From: a bacterium | Lineage (GTDB): Bacteria; Zhuqueibacterota; Zhuqueibacteria; Oceanimicrobiales; Oceanimicrobiaceae | Direction: 5' to 3' | Assembly: GCA_046757165.1 (NCBI GenBank) | Contig: JBHHXT010000029.1 | Coordinates: forward strand, 1 to 37,168 | Length of the DNA stretch: 37,168 nt | Shown: one piece after another, positions 28,136 through 36,023 of the stretch | How the letters are laid out: each line of letters opens with the position of its first letter | Numbering within the stretch: the stretch's first letter is position 1 | Notes under the pieces: generated by a model | Database searches by the model: none | Seen by the model: only the letters and a program-made list of their open reading frames with translations | What the model was told of the DNA's origin: nothing | Position numbers and translations under genes: made by a program

Positions 28136-28207
28136 CTGAGGCGGGAGGATTCGAACCTCCGAATGCTGGGACCAAAACCCAGTGCCTTGCCACTTGGCGA
28201 CGCCCCA
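28136..28207 (-). tRNA. tRNA-Gln(TTG)
   Basis: Cloverleaf TGGGGCG TC GCCAAGTGGCAAGGC A CTGGG TT TTG GT CCCAG CATTC GGAGG TTCGAAT CCTCC CGCCTCA G; U1-A72 pair. Followed by CAA, so CCA is not encoded. Confidence 0.96.
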
Positions 28208-28224
28208 GACTCTCGATTTATGGT

Positions 28225-28530
28225 TTAGCGCTCCTCCACCGGTGAGCTAACATTTTGCGAGAGTTCCCCACCTTCCTGCTTCAACGAGTTCTGGTACTTG
28301 TCCAGAATCTGCTTTTCAAGATAGTCGCGAAATGAGTTGCGAATGGGATGCGCGATATCCCGATAGGATCCATCCGGCATTCTTCGGCTTGGCATGCTGA
28401 TAAAATAGCCGTTCGAGCCCTTAATAATCTTCATCCCGCGGACAACGAATTGATCATCGAAGGTGACATTAACGAAGGCCTTAAGTTTGTCTTCGTTCCG
28501 TAAACTGATGTTGATTTCTGTTATCTCCAT
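28225..28530 (-). CDS. spoVG: SpoVG family nucleic-acid-binding regulator
   Basis: MEITEINI...KLKAFVNVTFDDQFVVRGMKII.G..G.FISMPSRR..DG.YRDIAHPI; SD GGAGGGAGGT. Confidence 0.95.
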   Translation of the reverse strand: MEITEINISLRNEDKLKAFVNVTFDDQFVVRGMKIIKGSNGYFISMPSRRMPDGSYRDIAHPIRNSFRDYLEKQILDKYQNSLKQEGGELSQNVSSPVEER

Positions 28531-28715
28531 ACCTCCCTCCATAGAAATGACTATTCTATGCGAGTACTCTTCATTTCTTGCAGAAAATCGCAAAAGACGA
28601 GGAGCCTTATGACCAGCAGCGACGCATCCCGACTTCCCTCCGCAATATAAAAATAGGTGTCGCGCCGTGCCGCGACAGGAATAACTCCACACCCACTTCT
28701 ATGTGAAGCAATGAG

Positions 28716-29603
28716 TTAGTTGATCTCATCGTATCCCCAGGCGATGAAACGGCTCACAAATGTGCGATAATCGGGAAATAACCGTTGAGCGTTTTCCGCC
28801 CTACTCTTTCTCTCGAACAGGCCAAAAATTGTGGACCCGGAGCCCGACAAACTCACAAATTGCGCTCCGTTTTCTAACATCCCTCTCTTCACCGCTGCGA
28901 GTTCTGGATATTTCGCAAAAACAGTTGCTTCAAAATCGTTGCTCAGGAGGCCAAAGAAATCTACATCCTTGATAATTTTGTCCTTAAAACTCAAGAAATT
29001 ACGATTTTTTTTGCTCATTGTCAAGTCTAAATTCAAATTCTCGTACGCCCATCTGGTTGAAACATAAATTTCGGGAAAAACCACTAAAATCGTCTTTTGA
29101 GCCACAGGCCGTTCGAGTGGCTCCAGACGGTCTCCCCTGCCCGTGGCGAACGCAGTACCGCCCCGGATGAAAAACGGAACATCCGAGCCTAGCTGCGCTG
29201 CCAGACAGGTGAGCATGTCCACGCTCAAATCAAGATTCCACAACCTGTTGAGACCCAGCAAGGTCACCGCGCCGTTGCTGCTCCCGCCGCCAAGGCCAGC
29301 TCCGACCGGGATCACTTTCGCCAACCGGATCTCAGCGCCTGAGGTGACGTGCGCGTGTTCCTGTAGAAGCTTTGCAGCGCGAAAACACAAATTCGTATGG
29401 TCATTCGGCAAAGATGGGGCGTTGCTATGGAAAACTATTTGTCGGTCCTTACGCACCGTGAGCTGGATGTCGTCCTGCAGATCGATCTGCTGTAAGATGG
29501 TCTCAATGTCATGAAATCCATCCTTACGCTTGCCCTTAACATACAACCCCAGGTTGATTTTCGCATAGGAGGGCAGGCGAATCGACTGGCTGGAGACAGG
29601 CAC
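28716..29603 (-). CDS. ispE: 4-diphosphocytidyl-2-C-methyl-D-erythritol kinase
   Basis: AKINLGL, IPVGAGLGGGSSN, LGSDVPFF, NDFE, LSGSGST; GTG start 3 nt after the BMC gene stop. Confidence 0.95.
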   Translation of the reverse strand: MPVSSQSIRLPSYAKINLGLYVKGKRKDGFHDIETILQQIDLQDDIQLTVRKDRQIVFHSNAPSLPNDHTNLCFRAAKLLQEHAHVTSGAEIRLAKVIPVGAGLGGGSSNGAVTLLGLNRLWNLDLSVDMLTCLAAQLGSDVPFFIRGGTAFATGRGDRLEPLERPVAQKTILVVFPEIYVSTRWAYENLNLDLTMSKKNRNFLSFKDKIIKDVDFFGLLSNDFEATVFAKYPELAAVKRGMLENGAQFVSLSGSGSTIFGLFERKSRAENAQRLFPDYRTFVSRFIAWGYDEIN

Positions 29604-29606
29604 GGC

Positions 29607-30062
29607 TCACGACTCGTAGTATTCACGAAACTTTTCCAGCAATATCTGTTTGTTCGCTTTCGAGATGTCCCTTCCGTGAATCGGGAACCCGGACAACTCT
29701 CTGGCCAGTCTTCGGAGCTGCCGGACGGGAAGCTGTGCGATGTGCTCGAAACTTTTTGGGGACCCCGGGGGATGAGCGGAAAGAGTGACTTCCTCATAGA
29801 CCATTGCTTCGATGCTTTCATGGGGTCTGGGGATGACATGGCAGGAGACGAGTTCGCCGATTTTCTCAGCAGCCGCTGCGCCGGCATCAACGGCCGACCT
29901 GACCGCGGCCACCTCACCCTGGACCTTCACGGTGATGAGGGCAGCGATGGTTGTTTCCGCTCCCACAAGCTTCACATTTGCCGCTTTCACCATCGCATCG
30001 GCGGCTTCGATAGCGCCGACCAGGCCTTTGGTTTCAATCAGACCCAGAGCCTTGTCATCCAT
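29607..30062 (-). CDS. BMC-H microcompartment shell protein with ~60-aa C-terminal extension
   Basis: [26 protein letters not shown]...GEVAAVRSAVDAG...HVIPRPH, then a Pro-rich linker and a basic helical domain. Confidence 0.93.
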   Translation of the reverse strand: MDDKALGLIETKGLVGAIEAADAMVKAANVKLVGAETTIAALITVKVQGEVAAVRSAVDAGAAAAEKIGELVSCHVIPRPHESIEAMVYEEVTLSAHPPGSPKSFEHIAQLPVRQLRRLARELSGFPIHGRDISKANKQILLEKFREYYES

Positions 30063-30132
30063 ATTGTTCTGTTGTCACACAATCCATACCATTTGAGGCC
30101 TTGTGCCTCGGCTTGTCATCGTCTTTATGGAT

Positions 30133-30417
30133 TTACGAGTCGGCTCGCTCAGGTAGCATCATTTCGACATCTGCGTGCGGCCTCGGGATGACGTGCACTG
30201 AAACCAATTCGCCTACTTTTTCTGCGGCAGATGCGCCGGCATCGGTCGCCGCCTTAACGGCGCCAACATCGCCCCTGACCATCACGGTCACATATCCACC
30301 ACCGATTTTTTCTTTCCCGATCAACGCCACTTTGGCTGCTTTAACCATGGCATCGGCAGCCTCGATTGCTCCCACCAGCCCTCGGGTTTCGATCATTCCT
30401 AAAGCGTCTAAGCTCAT
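30133..30417 (-). CDS. BMC-H microcompartment shell protein (EutM/PduA-like)
   Basis: [24 protein letters not shown]...[25 protein letters not shown]...HVIPRPH; SD AAGGAG. Confidence 0.97.
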   Translation of the reverse strand: MSLDALGMIETRGLVGAIEAADAMVKAAKVALIGKEKIGGGYVTVMVRGDVGAVKAATDAGASAAEKVGELVSVHVIPRPHADVEMMLPERADS

Positions 30418-30484
30418 GCAGTGGAACTCCTTCCTTTAGTTAAGTTCCAAGAGAGATTCTCCAAAGTATTGCCATGAAGTGTAA

Positions 30485-30513
30485 AGTATAACGATTCTAT
30501 GAAACATTGTCAA
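30485..30513 (-). promoter_or_regulatory. Near-consensus sigma70 promoter for the BMC-H/ispE operon
   Basis: TTGACA-atgtttcatagaatcgt(17)-TATACT on the minus strand, about 68 nt upstream of the first BMC ATG. Confidence 0.8.
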
Positions 30514-30559
30514 CCATTTTTTCCGCTTGCAGCTTACCACACTTTTCGCGTCAAATGGG

Positions 30560-30588
30560 TTGCATTTTAGCTCCTGAACCTCTACTTT
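30560..30588 (+). promoter_or_regulatory. Putative sigma70 promoter for lpxH
   Basis: TTGCAT-N17-TACTTT ending 9 nt before the ATG. Confidence 0.45.
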
Positions 30589-30597
30589 CAGCCAAAA

Positions 30598-31335
30598 ATG
30601 GAGACGCTTTATTTCATTTCCGATGTCCACCTCGGCGCTCATTCCGAAGATATCGAAAAGCTCAAGATTTCCCGACTTCTGTCATTTCTGAAGTCTGTGC
30701 GGCATCAAGCCGACTATCTTTATATCGTTGGCGATTTGTACGACTTCTGGTTCGAGTACTACAAGGCGATTCCGAAAGTCAACTTGAAAGTCCTGGCAGC
30801 GCTCAGCGATCTGGTCGAATCTGGCACCGTGGTGCGATATTTTATTGGCAACCATGATCTGTGGCACGAATCCTATCTCGAAAGCGAGATTGGCGTCCAC
30901 ATTTTTCATGAACCGTTGGAAACACGCCATAACACCCTGAAGCTTTTCGTTGCGCACGGCGACGGTCTGGCCGACGGAGAGTGGAAGGTCAGACTCATCA
31001 AACGGATTTTGAAGAATCGCGCCAATATTTTCCTCTATCGACTGCTGCACCCTGACCTGGGCATCCCGCTGGCCAGGCTTTTTTCAAATCGCAGCAAAAA
31101 GAAAGGGGCAAATCGGTTCATCGATGAATATCGAAAATTCGCCCACGCCAAATTGCAGGACGGATTTGATGCGGTCATCCTGGGGCATACGCACCAGCCG
31201 GTTTTTGAACAAACCGACTCCAAGTACTATATCAACCTCGGAGATTGGGTGAAGAATTTCACTTATGTGAAAATGACAGGGACAAGCTTGGAGCTCAAGA
31301 CGTGGCACGAAACACAAATCCCAAATTTCAAATAA
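30598..31335 (+). CDS. lpxH: UDP-2,3-diacylglucosamine diphosphatase (LpxH-like metallophosphoesterase)
   Basis: FISDVHLG, VGDLYDFWFEY, GNHD, AHGDG, GHTH, YINLGDW. Has GNHD rather than the proteobacterial GNRD. Confidence 0.85.
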   Translation: METLYFISDVHLGAHSEDIEKLKISRLLSFLKSVRHQADYLYIVGDLYDFWFEYYKAIPKVNLKVLAALSDLVESGTVVRYFIGNHDLWHESYLESEIGVHIFHEPLETRHNTLKLFVAHGDGLADGEWKVRLIKRILKNRANIFLYRLLHPDLGIPLARLFSNRSKKKGANRFIDEYRKFAHAKLQDGFDAVILGHTHQPVFEQTDSKYYINLGDWVKNFTYVKMTGTSLELKTWHETQIPNFK

Positions 31336-31470
31336 TTTTCAAGCACCAAATTTGAAAGTCCAAACTCGGTGTAGGACGACCCGAAAAATGATGAACGTTC
31401 ACTCAATTGACCGAAGAAGTTTGGAGCTTGAGATTTAGAATTTATTTGGGATTTGGCCATTTGGGATTTG
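31315..31470. repeat. Inverted-repeat element built from degenerate CAAATCC heptamers (MITE/REP-like)
   Basis: Perfect 12-bp terminal IR CAAATCCCAAAT (31315-31326) / ATTTGGGATTTG (31459-31470, second copy 31444-31455); inner IR TCCAAACT (31359-31366) / AGTTTGGA (31418-31425). Confidence 0.8.
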
Positions 31471-31560
31471 CGACTTTGTCGCGCTAGGATTTTGTCGAAA
31501 CTTCAACCTTGTTAGATGGTATAAGACTCAGTCAACCCGTAATCAAATTCAGGATTGATC

Positions 31561-33771
31561 ATGAGAAGGAAATCAAGAGATTCGTCAGACGATTCGGACG
31601 CAGGCTCAATTTCAGTTTTTTTGCGGCAAAAGAGGGCAAATCTTCTGCTGGTCGGCAGCGCCCTTGCTGTCCTGACTGGCGTGGTTTATCTCTACGTCAT
31701 CACTCGTGAGTTGCCCTCCTTGAAACAATTGGAGGCATACAGACCAAAACTGGCCTCGAAAGTCTACTCGGTGGACATGAAGCTGATCCACGAGTACTAC
31801 ATTGAAAAACGAAGCTTCGTGCCTCTGGAGGAAATGCCTGAAGCCCTGGTTCAAGCCGTCATCGCCACAGAAGACCGCAAGTTTTATGGCCACTGGGGGA
31901 TGGATGTTCGCCGGCTCATTGCGGCGGTTTTTAAGAATATCCTGGCTGCGAGCTTTAAAGAAGGCGCCAGTACGCTCACGCAACAGCTCGCCCGACAGCT
32001 TTACCTGAGCAGCGAGAAGACCATCACCCGCAAGATGAAAGAGCTGATTACCGCGATTCAAATCGAGCGCACCTACACCAAGCCTGAAATTCTCGAGATG
32101 TACTTGAACCACATGTATTTCGGCCACAGTGCCTACGGTGCGCAGTCTGCGGCTCTGACCTACTTCCGCAAGAATGTGGATGAGCTGACGACCGATGAAT
32201 GCGCGATTCTCGTCGGATTGCTGAAGGCGCCTAACAATTATACGCCGATCCGCCATCCCAACCGCAGCCTGACGCGGAGAAATATCGTGCTCAATGCCAT
32301 GCGGGAGATGGAGTACATCGATGACGAGCAATATGCTGAATGGGTCAAGAAACCCATCGAAGTGGCCAAGCGAGGCAAGGAGGCTTATGGCCTGGCACCG
32401 TACTTCACCGAGTACATTCGCCAGATCATGCAGGAAAAATATGGCTACGATCTCTACACGGATGGACTGTCCATCTATACGACGCTTGATAGCCGGGCGC
32501 AATATGTGGCGGAAAGAGCGGTCGAGGCGCACATGCCAACACTTCAGAAGGCCGTTCTGGAATACTATAGAAAGAAAAACCTGACCGCTCACTTTCTGAG
32601 CGAAGAATTCATGCGCAGCCATGACATGGAGGCCCTCCTGCAGGACTCCACGTTCGTCGATTCCGTGGTGTACTCGAAAGTCAAGGCAGAGGTGGCGCTG
32701 GTCTCCATCGATCCCCGCAATGGCCACATTCTGGCGTTCATCGGCGGGCGTGATTTTTCGCAATCAAAGTTCATCCGGGCCGTGCAGGCGCGCAGACAAC
32801 CGGGGTCGGCGTTCAAGCCTTTTATCTACACTGTTGCCATCGACAACGGCTATCCGCCGACTCATGAAGTGCTCAACCAGCCGGTGGTCAATTTCATGGC
32901 AAACGACGAGCGATGGAAACCGAAGAATTTCGACGGCAAGTTCGGCGGACCAACGACCTTCAGAGAAGGGCTGCGGCGCTCGTTGAACCTGGTCACCGTG
33001 CGGGTGCTGCAAGGCGTGATCAAAAACCCACAGACCATCGTCAATTACGCCCACAAAATGGGCATCAAATCTCCGTTACAGGCCGTCGATGCCATCGCGC
33101 TTGGGGCATCCGACGTCACCCCTCTCGAAATCACCTCCGCCTACGGCACCTTTGCCAACGGCGGCATCCTGGTCGACCCGATTCCTATTTTACGCATTGA
33201 AGACAAAAACGGTAACGTGCTCGAACAGTTCTATCCGAATAGCCAGGAAGTGTTGCGCAGAGAAACAGCCTTCATCATGACGGATATGCTCAGAACCGTG
33301 ATCGACCGCGGCACAGGAGGGCGGGCGAGATGGCGTTACAAATTCATGCGGCCCGCGGGAGGCAAAACCGGCACCACAAATGACAGTAGCGACGCCTGGT
33401 TTCTGGGCTTCACGCCACAAATCGTCACGGGCGTCTGGGTCGGCATCGATGATTACAGCGTGGGCAATTTCAAGCTGACACTCGGACCGAAGCAGACGGG
33501 ATCGAGTGCCGCCCTGCCAATCTGGGCCCCCTACATGAAGGCGGTTCATGACACGCTCGCCTTGCCGGTGCTCAACTTCGAGATGCCGGAAGGCGTTGTG
33601 CGCGTCGAGATTTGCGCAGACTCCAAATTGTTGGCCCGGGATAACTGCCCGTGCAAAGTCGTCGAGGAAGTATTCTTCAAAGACCAGGCGCCTACCGAGA
33701 CGTGTGACAAACATGTGAAGCTGAGCAGGCGTAAGGGAAAGCGCAAGGAGAAGGGAAGGAAGCGGTTTTAG
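31561..33771 (+). CDS. Class A penicillin-binding protein (PBP1A family)
   Basis: N-terminal TM; transglycosylase EDRKFYGH.G, GASTLTQQLAR, RKMKE; transpeptidase SAFK, SLN, KTGT. Confidence 0.95.
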   Translation: MRRKSRDSSDDSDAGSISVFLRQKRANLLLVGSALAVLTGVVYLYVITRELPSLKQLEAYRPKLASKVYSVDMKLIHEYYIEKRSFVPLEEMPEALVQAVIATEDRKFYGHWGMDVRRLIAAVFKNILAASFKEGASTLTQQLARQLYLSSEKTITRKMKELITAIQIERTYTKPEILEMYLNHMYFGHSAYGAQSAALTYFRKNVDELTTDECAILVGLLKAPNNYTPIRHPNRSLTRRNIVLNAMREMEYIDDEQYAEWVKKPIEVAKRGKEAYGLAPYFTEYIRQIMQEKYGYDLYTDGLSIYTTLDSRAQYVAERAVEAHMPTLQKAVLEYYRKKNLTAHFLSEEFMRSHDMEALLQDSTFVDSVVYSKVKAEVALVSIDPRNGHILAFIGGRDFSQSKFIRAVQARRQPGSAFKPFIYTVAIDNGYPPTHEVLNQPVVNFMANDERWKPKNFDGKFGGPTTFREGLRRSLNLVTVRVLQGVIKNPQTIVNYAHKMGIKSPLQAVDAIALGASDVTPLEITSAYGTFANGGILVDPIPILRIEDKNGNVLEQFYPNSQEVLRRETAFIMTDMLRTVIDRGTGGRARWRYKFMRPAGGKTGTTNDSSDAWFLGFTPQIVTGVWVGIDDYSVGNFKLTLGPKQTGSSAALPIWAPYMKAVHDTLALPVLNFEMPEGVVRVEICADSKLLARDNCPCKVVEEVFFKDQAPTETCDKHVKLSRRKGKRKEKGRKRF

Positions 33772-33915
33772 GCGCTGACAGGGGAAACTCAGCGTGCGCC
33801 TGGCGAAACGTTCACTGGCACGGCGTGGTGCAGCTCTCTGACTTGCATTTCCCGAACACTCAACGCCCACAGTATCTCGTTGTCTCGATTCCTGCAGCAA
33901 GCTGAAAGAGTTTTT

Positions 33916-36021
33916 ATGAAGAACTCCTGCTCACTGCTCCACTTTCTTATGCTCACCCTGGTCTTTGGCTGCGCCAGTATGGACCTCGAGCTCAACAACT
34001 GGCAAAAGCTTCCAAAGGAGCATTACACCATTCCACCTTACGCCCGCTATCTCAAAGAGTACAAGATTGCTATCGATCCTGGCCACGGCGGCAATGCACA
34101 CCTGCCGGGCTATAAACGTGGCCCCACAGGAAGACGTGAGGCCGTGATGAATCTCAATGTTGCTCGTTTCCTGAAAGAGTTTTTGGAGAAAGCCGGTGCC
34201 GAGGTTTTTCTGACACGCGAGGACGACCGCTTCGTCGCGCTGCAAGAGCGGGTGGAGCTGGCTGAGGAGGCCGGCTGTGACCTTATGCTCTCCCTGCACC
34301 ACAACGCGAGCAACAATCCGCAAACGAACTACGCCGCGGTCTTCTATCATCTCACTCCGGACACCTCCCCCATCAGCATGGACCTGGCGCGCAACATCTA
34401 CTTTGGGCTGGTCGATGCCCTGCACCTGCCGCAGGTCGTGGACGATGGGCTTCTGACAGACAAGATCATCTATCCGGCGGGATTCGGCTTGCTGCGCCGT
34501 TCCAGGATACCGGCTATTCTGCTGGAATCCTCCTTTTATTCACACGCCCAGGAGGAGAAGCGGCTCAGCAATTTGCGCTACAATCGCAGGGAAGCTTACG
34601 GCATTTTTCTCGGCCTGGCACGCTGGGTCGCCGGCGGCGTCCCCAGTGCGCGCAAGCTCTCACCAGCGACAATTTCGGATAATAAACGGCCAACCATCGA
34701 GTATCAACTCCGGGATGGGATCAGCGAGCGTGGCGGTCGCAATCTCGACCGACTGCTCATTTTCTCCCAATCGGTTGCGGCGCGCATCGACGGCCAGCAC
34801 GTGCCGGTCGAACTCTCTGAGGACAGAAGCAAGGTCGCGTTCCAGCCCGACACGCTCCTGACCAATGGCATCCACACCCTGCAGGTCGATCTTCAAAACC
34901 TGTACAAAAATCACAATTTTCCACGCCTTGACACTCTGATTATCTCCGCGCCCACGGATTCGATCGACTTCCAGGTCGCGACTCCGTACGTTCCCGCAGA
35001 CACGCTGGCACAAATTCCCATCCGGCTGGCGCTCTTCGACAAAGATGGTGAGCTGGTTTGGGACAGCACCCGGGTTGAGCTGCGGGCAACGAGAGGCCGG
35101 GTGGAACCCGCCCGACCACGGCTGCACGCGGGCAGGACAACTGTTTACTACAGAAGCGGGGCTGAAATCGGACTCGCCTATGTGACAGCGGCCTCCGGCG
35201 CCACTGAAGACACGCTCCTTCTCTCTCTCACCCCGACGGGGCAGTCATGGATTGTCAGCGGCACAGTCATCGATGACTCCACACTCGCCCCTATCGCCGG
35301 CGCGACCGTCACCTTGAACGAGTCCATTTCGGCGCTCACCGATGAAAACGGCACCTACTTTTTTGCCAACCCAACCGTTGGCGGGCAGCGTCTTATCGTC
35401 AGCAAGGACGGATACGAGGCAGCGGCGCAGGGCGTTCACATTGACTCCAGCCGCAGCCAGTTGCTCAACTTCCGACTCAAAGCTCACTTAGGAGGCCTGT
35501 TGCACAATGAGGTGATCATTCTGGATGCCGCTCTGGGAGATACGGCAACCGGGGCCATTTTCAGCGACAGCCTGAACGCAGCGCAGGCCAACCTTCAATT
35601 AGTGCAGCAGCTCGCTGCTACTCTGCGCCGGGCCGGCTCACACCCGGTTTTGGTGCGAGACAAGGATCGATGGCTGTCGTCGCGGGAGCGCATCAAACAG
35701 GTCAACGAACTGCCAGAAGGGTGGTACCTCAAATTCGGCTACGAAAAGTGGGATTCCGATTCGCTCTTCGTCCAAACGACCATTTACCCGGCAAATAAGA
35801 CCGGGGAAAAGATCGCGACTCATGTTTTGCAGGCCTTCTCAACCCGTGTGGGCGCAACAGGTGAATTGCGGCAAAACACCGAGGTCCCGGAAGTGACCTA
35901 CACCAACAAAACGGCCGTTGAGGTGATCGTCAAATGCCGTCAACCGTTGATTCGCGAGCGCGATCTGAAGGCCATTTTTGCCGCGATTGTTGATTTTAGA
36001 CGTGAAGAGTTCGACAATTGA
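33916..36021 (+). CDS. Lipoprotein N-acetylmuramoyl-L-alanine amidase (Amidase_3 + Ig-like + carboxypeptidase-regulatory-like + degenerate second amidase domain)
   Basis: Lipobox-like LVFGC; IDPGHGG, REAVMNL, LSLHHNA, ILLESSF; VSGTVIDD...PIAGATV...TDENGTY; ATG 33916. Confidence 0.88.
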   Translation: MKNSCSLLHFLMLTLVFGCASMDLELNNWQKLPKEHYTIPPYARYLKEYKIAIDPGHGGNAHLPGYKRGPTGRREAVMNLNVARFLKEFLEKAGAEVFLTREDDRFVALQERVELAEEAGCDLMLSLHHNASNNPQTNYAAVFYHLTPDTSPISMDLARNIYFGLVDALHLPQVVDDGLLTDKIIYPAGFGLLRRSRIPAILLESSFYSHAQEEKRLSNLRYNRREAYGIFLGLARWVAGGVPSARKLSPATISDNKRPTIEYQLRDGISERGGRNLDRLLIFSQSVAARIDGQHVPVELSEDRSKVAFQPDTLLTNGIHTLQVDLQNLYKNHNFPRLDTLIISAPTDSIDFQVATPYVPADTLAQIPIRLALFDKDGELVWDSTRVELRATRGRVEPARPRLHAGRTTVYYRSGAEIGLAYVTAASGATEDTLLLSLTPTGQSWIVSGTVIDDSTLAPIAGATVTLNESISALTDENGTYFFANPTVGGQRLIVSKDGYEAAAQGVHIDSSRSQLLNFRLKAHLGGLLHNEVIILDAALGDTATGAIFSDSLNAAQANLQLVQQLAATLRRAGSHPVLVRDKDRWLSSRERIKQVNELPEGWYLKFGYEKWDSDSLFVQTTIYPANKTGEKIATHVLQAFSTRVGATGELRQNTEVPEVTYTNKTAVEVIVKCRQPLIRERDLKAIFAAIVDFRREEFDN

Positions 36022-36023
36022 GA

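Noticed and set aside
27927..28193. 88-aa minus-strand ORF
   Set aside because: Overlaps tRNA-Gln and the prs start; it is a translation of the tRNA sequence.
28531..28692. ORF-track N-terminal extension of spoVG; similar extensions for rsmE (to 20637), rplI (to 22468) and the Zn-ribbon gene (to 21878)
   Set aside because: Family homology and SD sequences support the downstream ATGs; the extensions run through regulatory DNA or neighbouring genes.
31263..31460. 65-aa minus-strand ORF (MAKSQINSKSQAPN...)
   Set aside because: Translation of the heptamer repeat arm and antisense lpxH; no evidence of a real gene.
31612..32763. 383-aa minus-strand ORF
   Set aside because: Entirely antisense to PBP1A; typical codon-bias shadow ORF.
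33825..33832. Sigma54-like TGGCAC...TGC motif upstream of the amidase (motif starts near 33815)
   Set aside because: GG-to-GC spacing is 11 nt rather than the strict 10.
33834..33843. 10-mer CTCTCTGACT shared with 36858-36867, both in hairpin loops
   Set aside because: A shared 10-mer among a few kb of intergenic DNA is expected by chance, and the flanks do not align.
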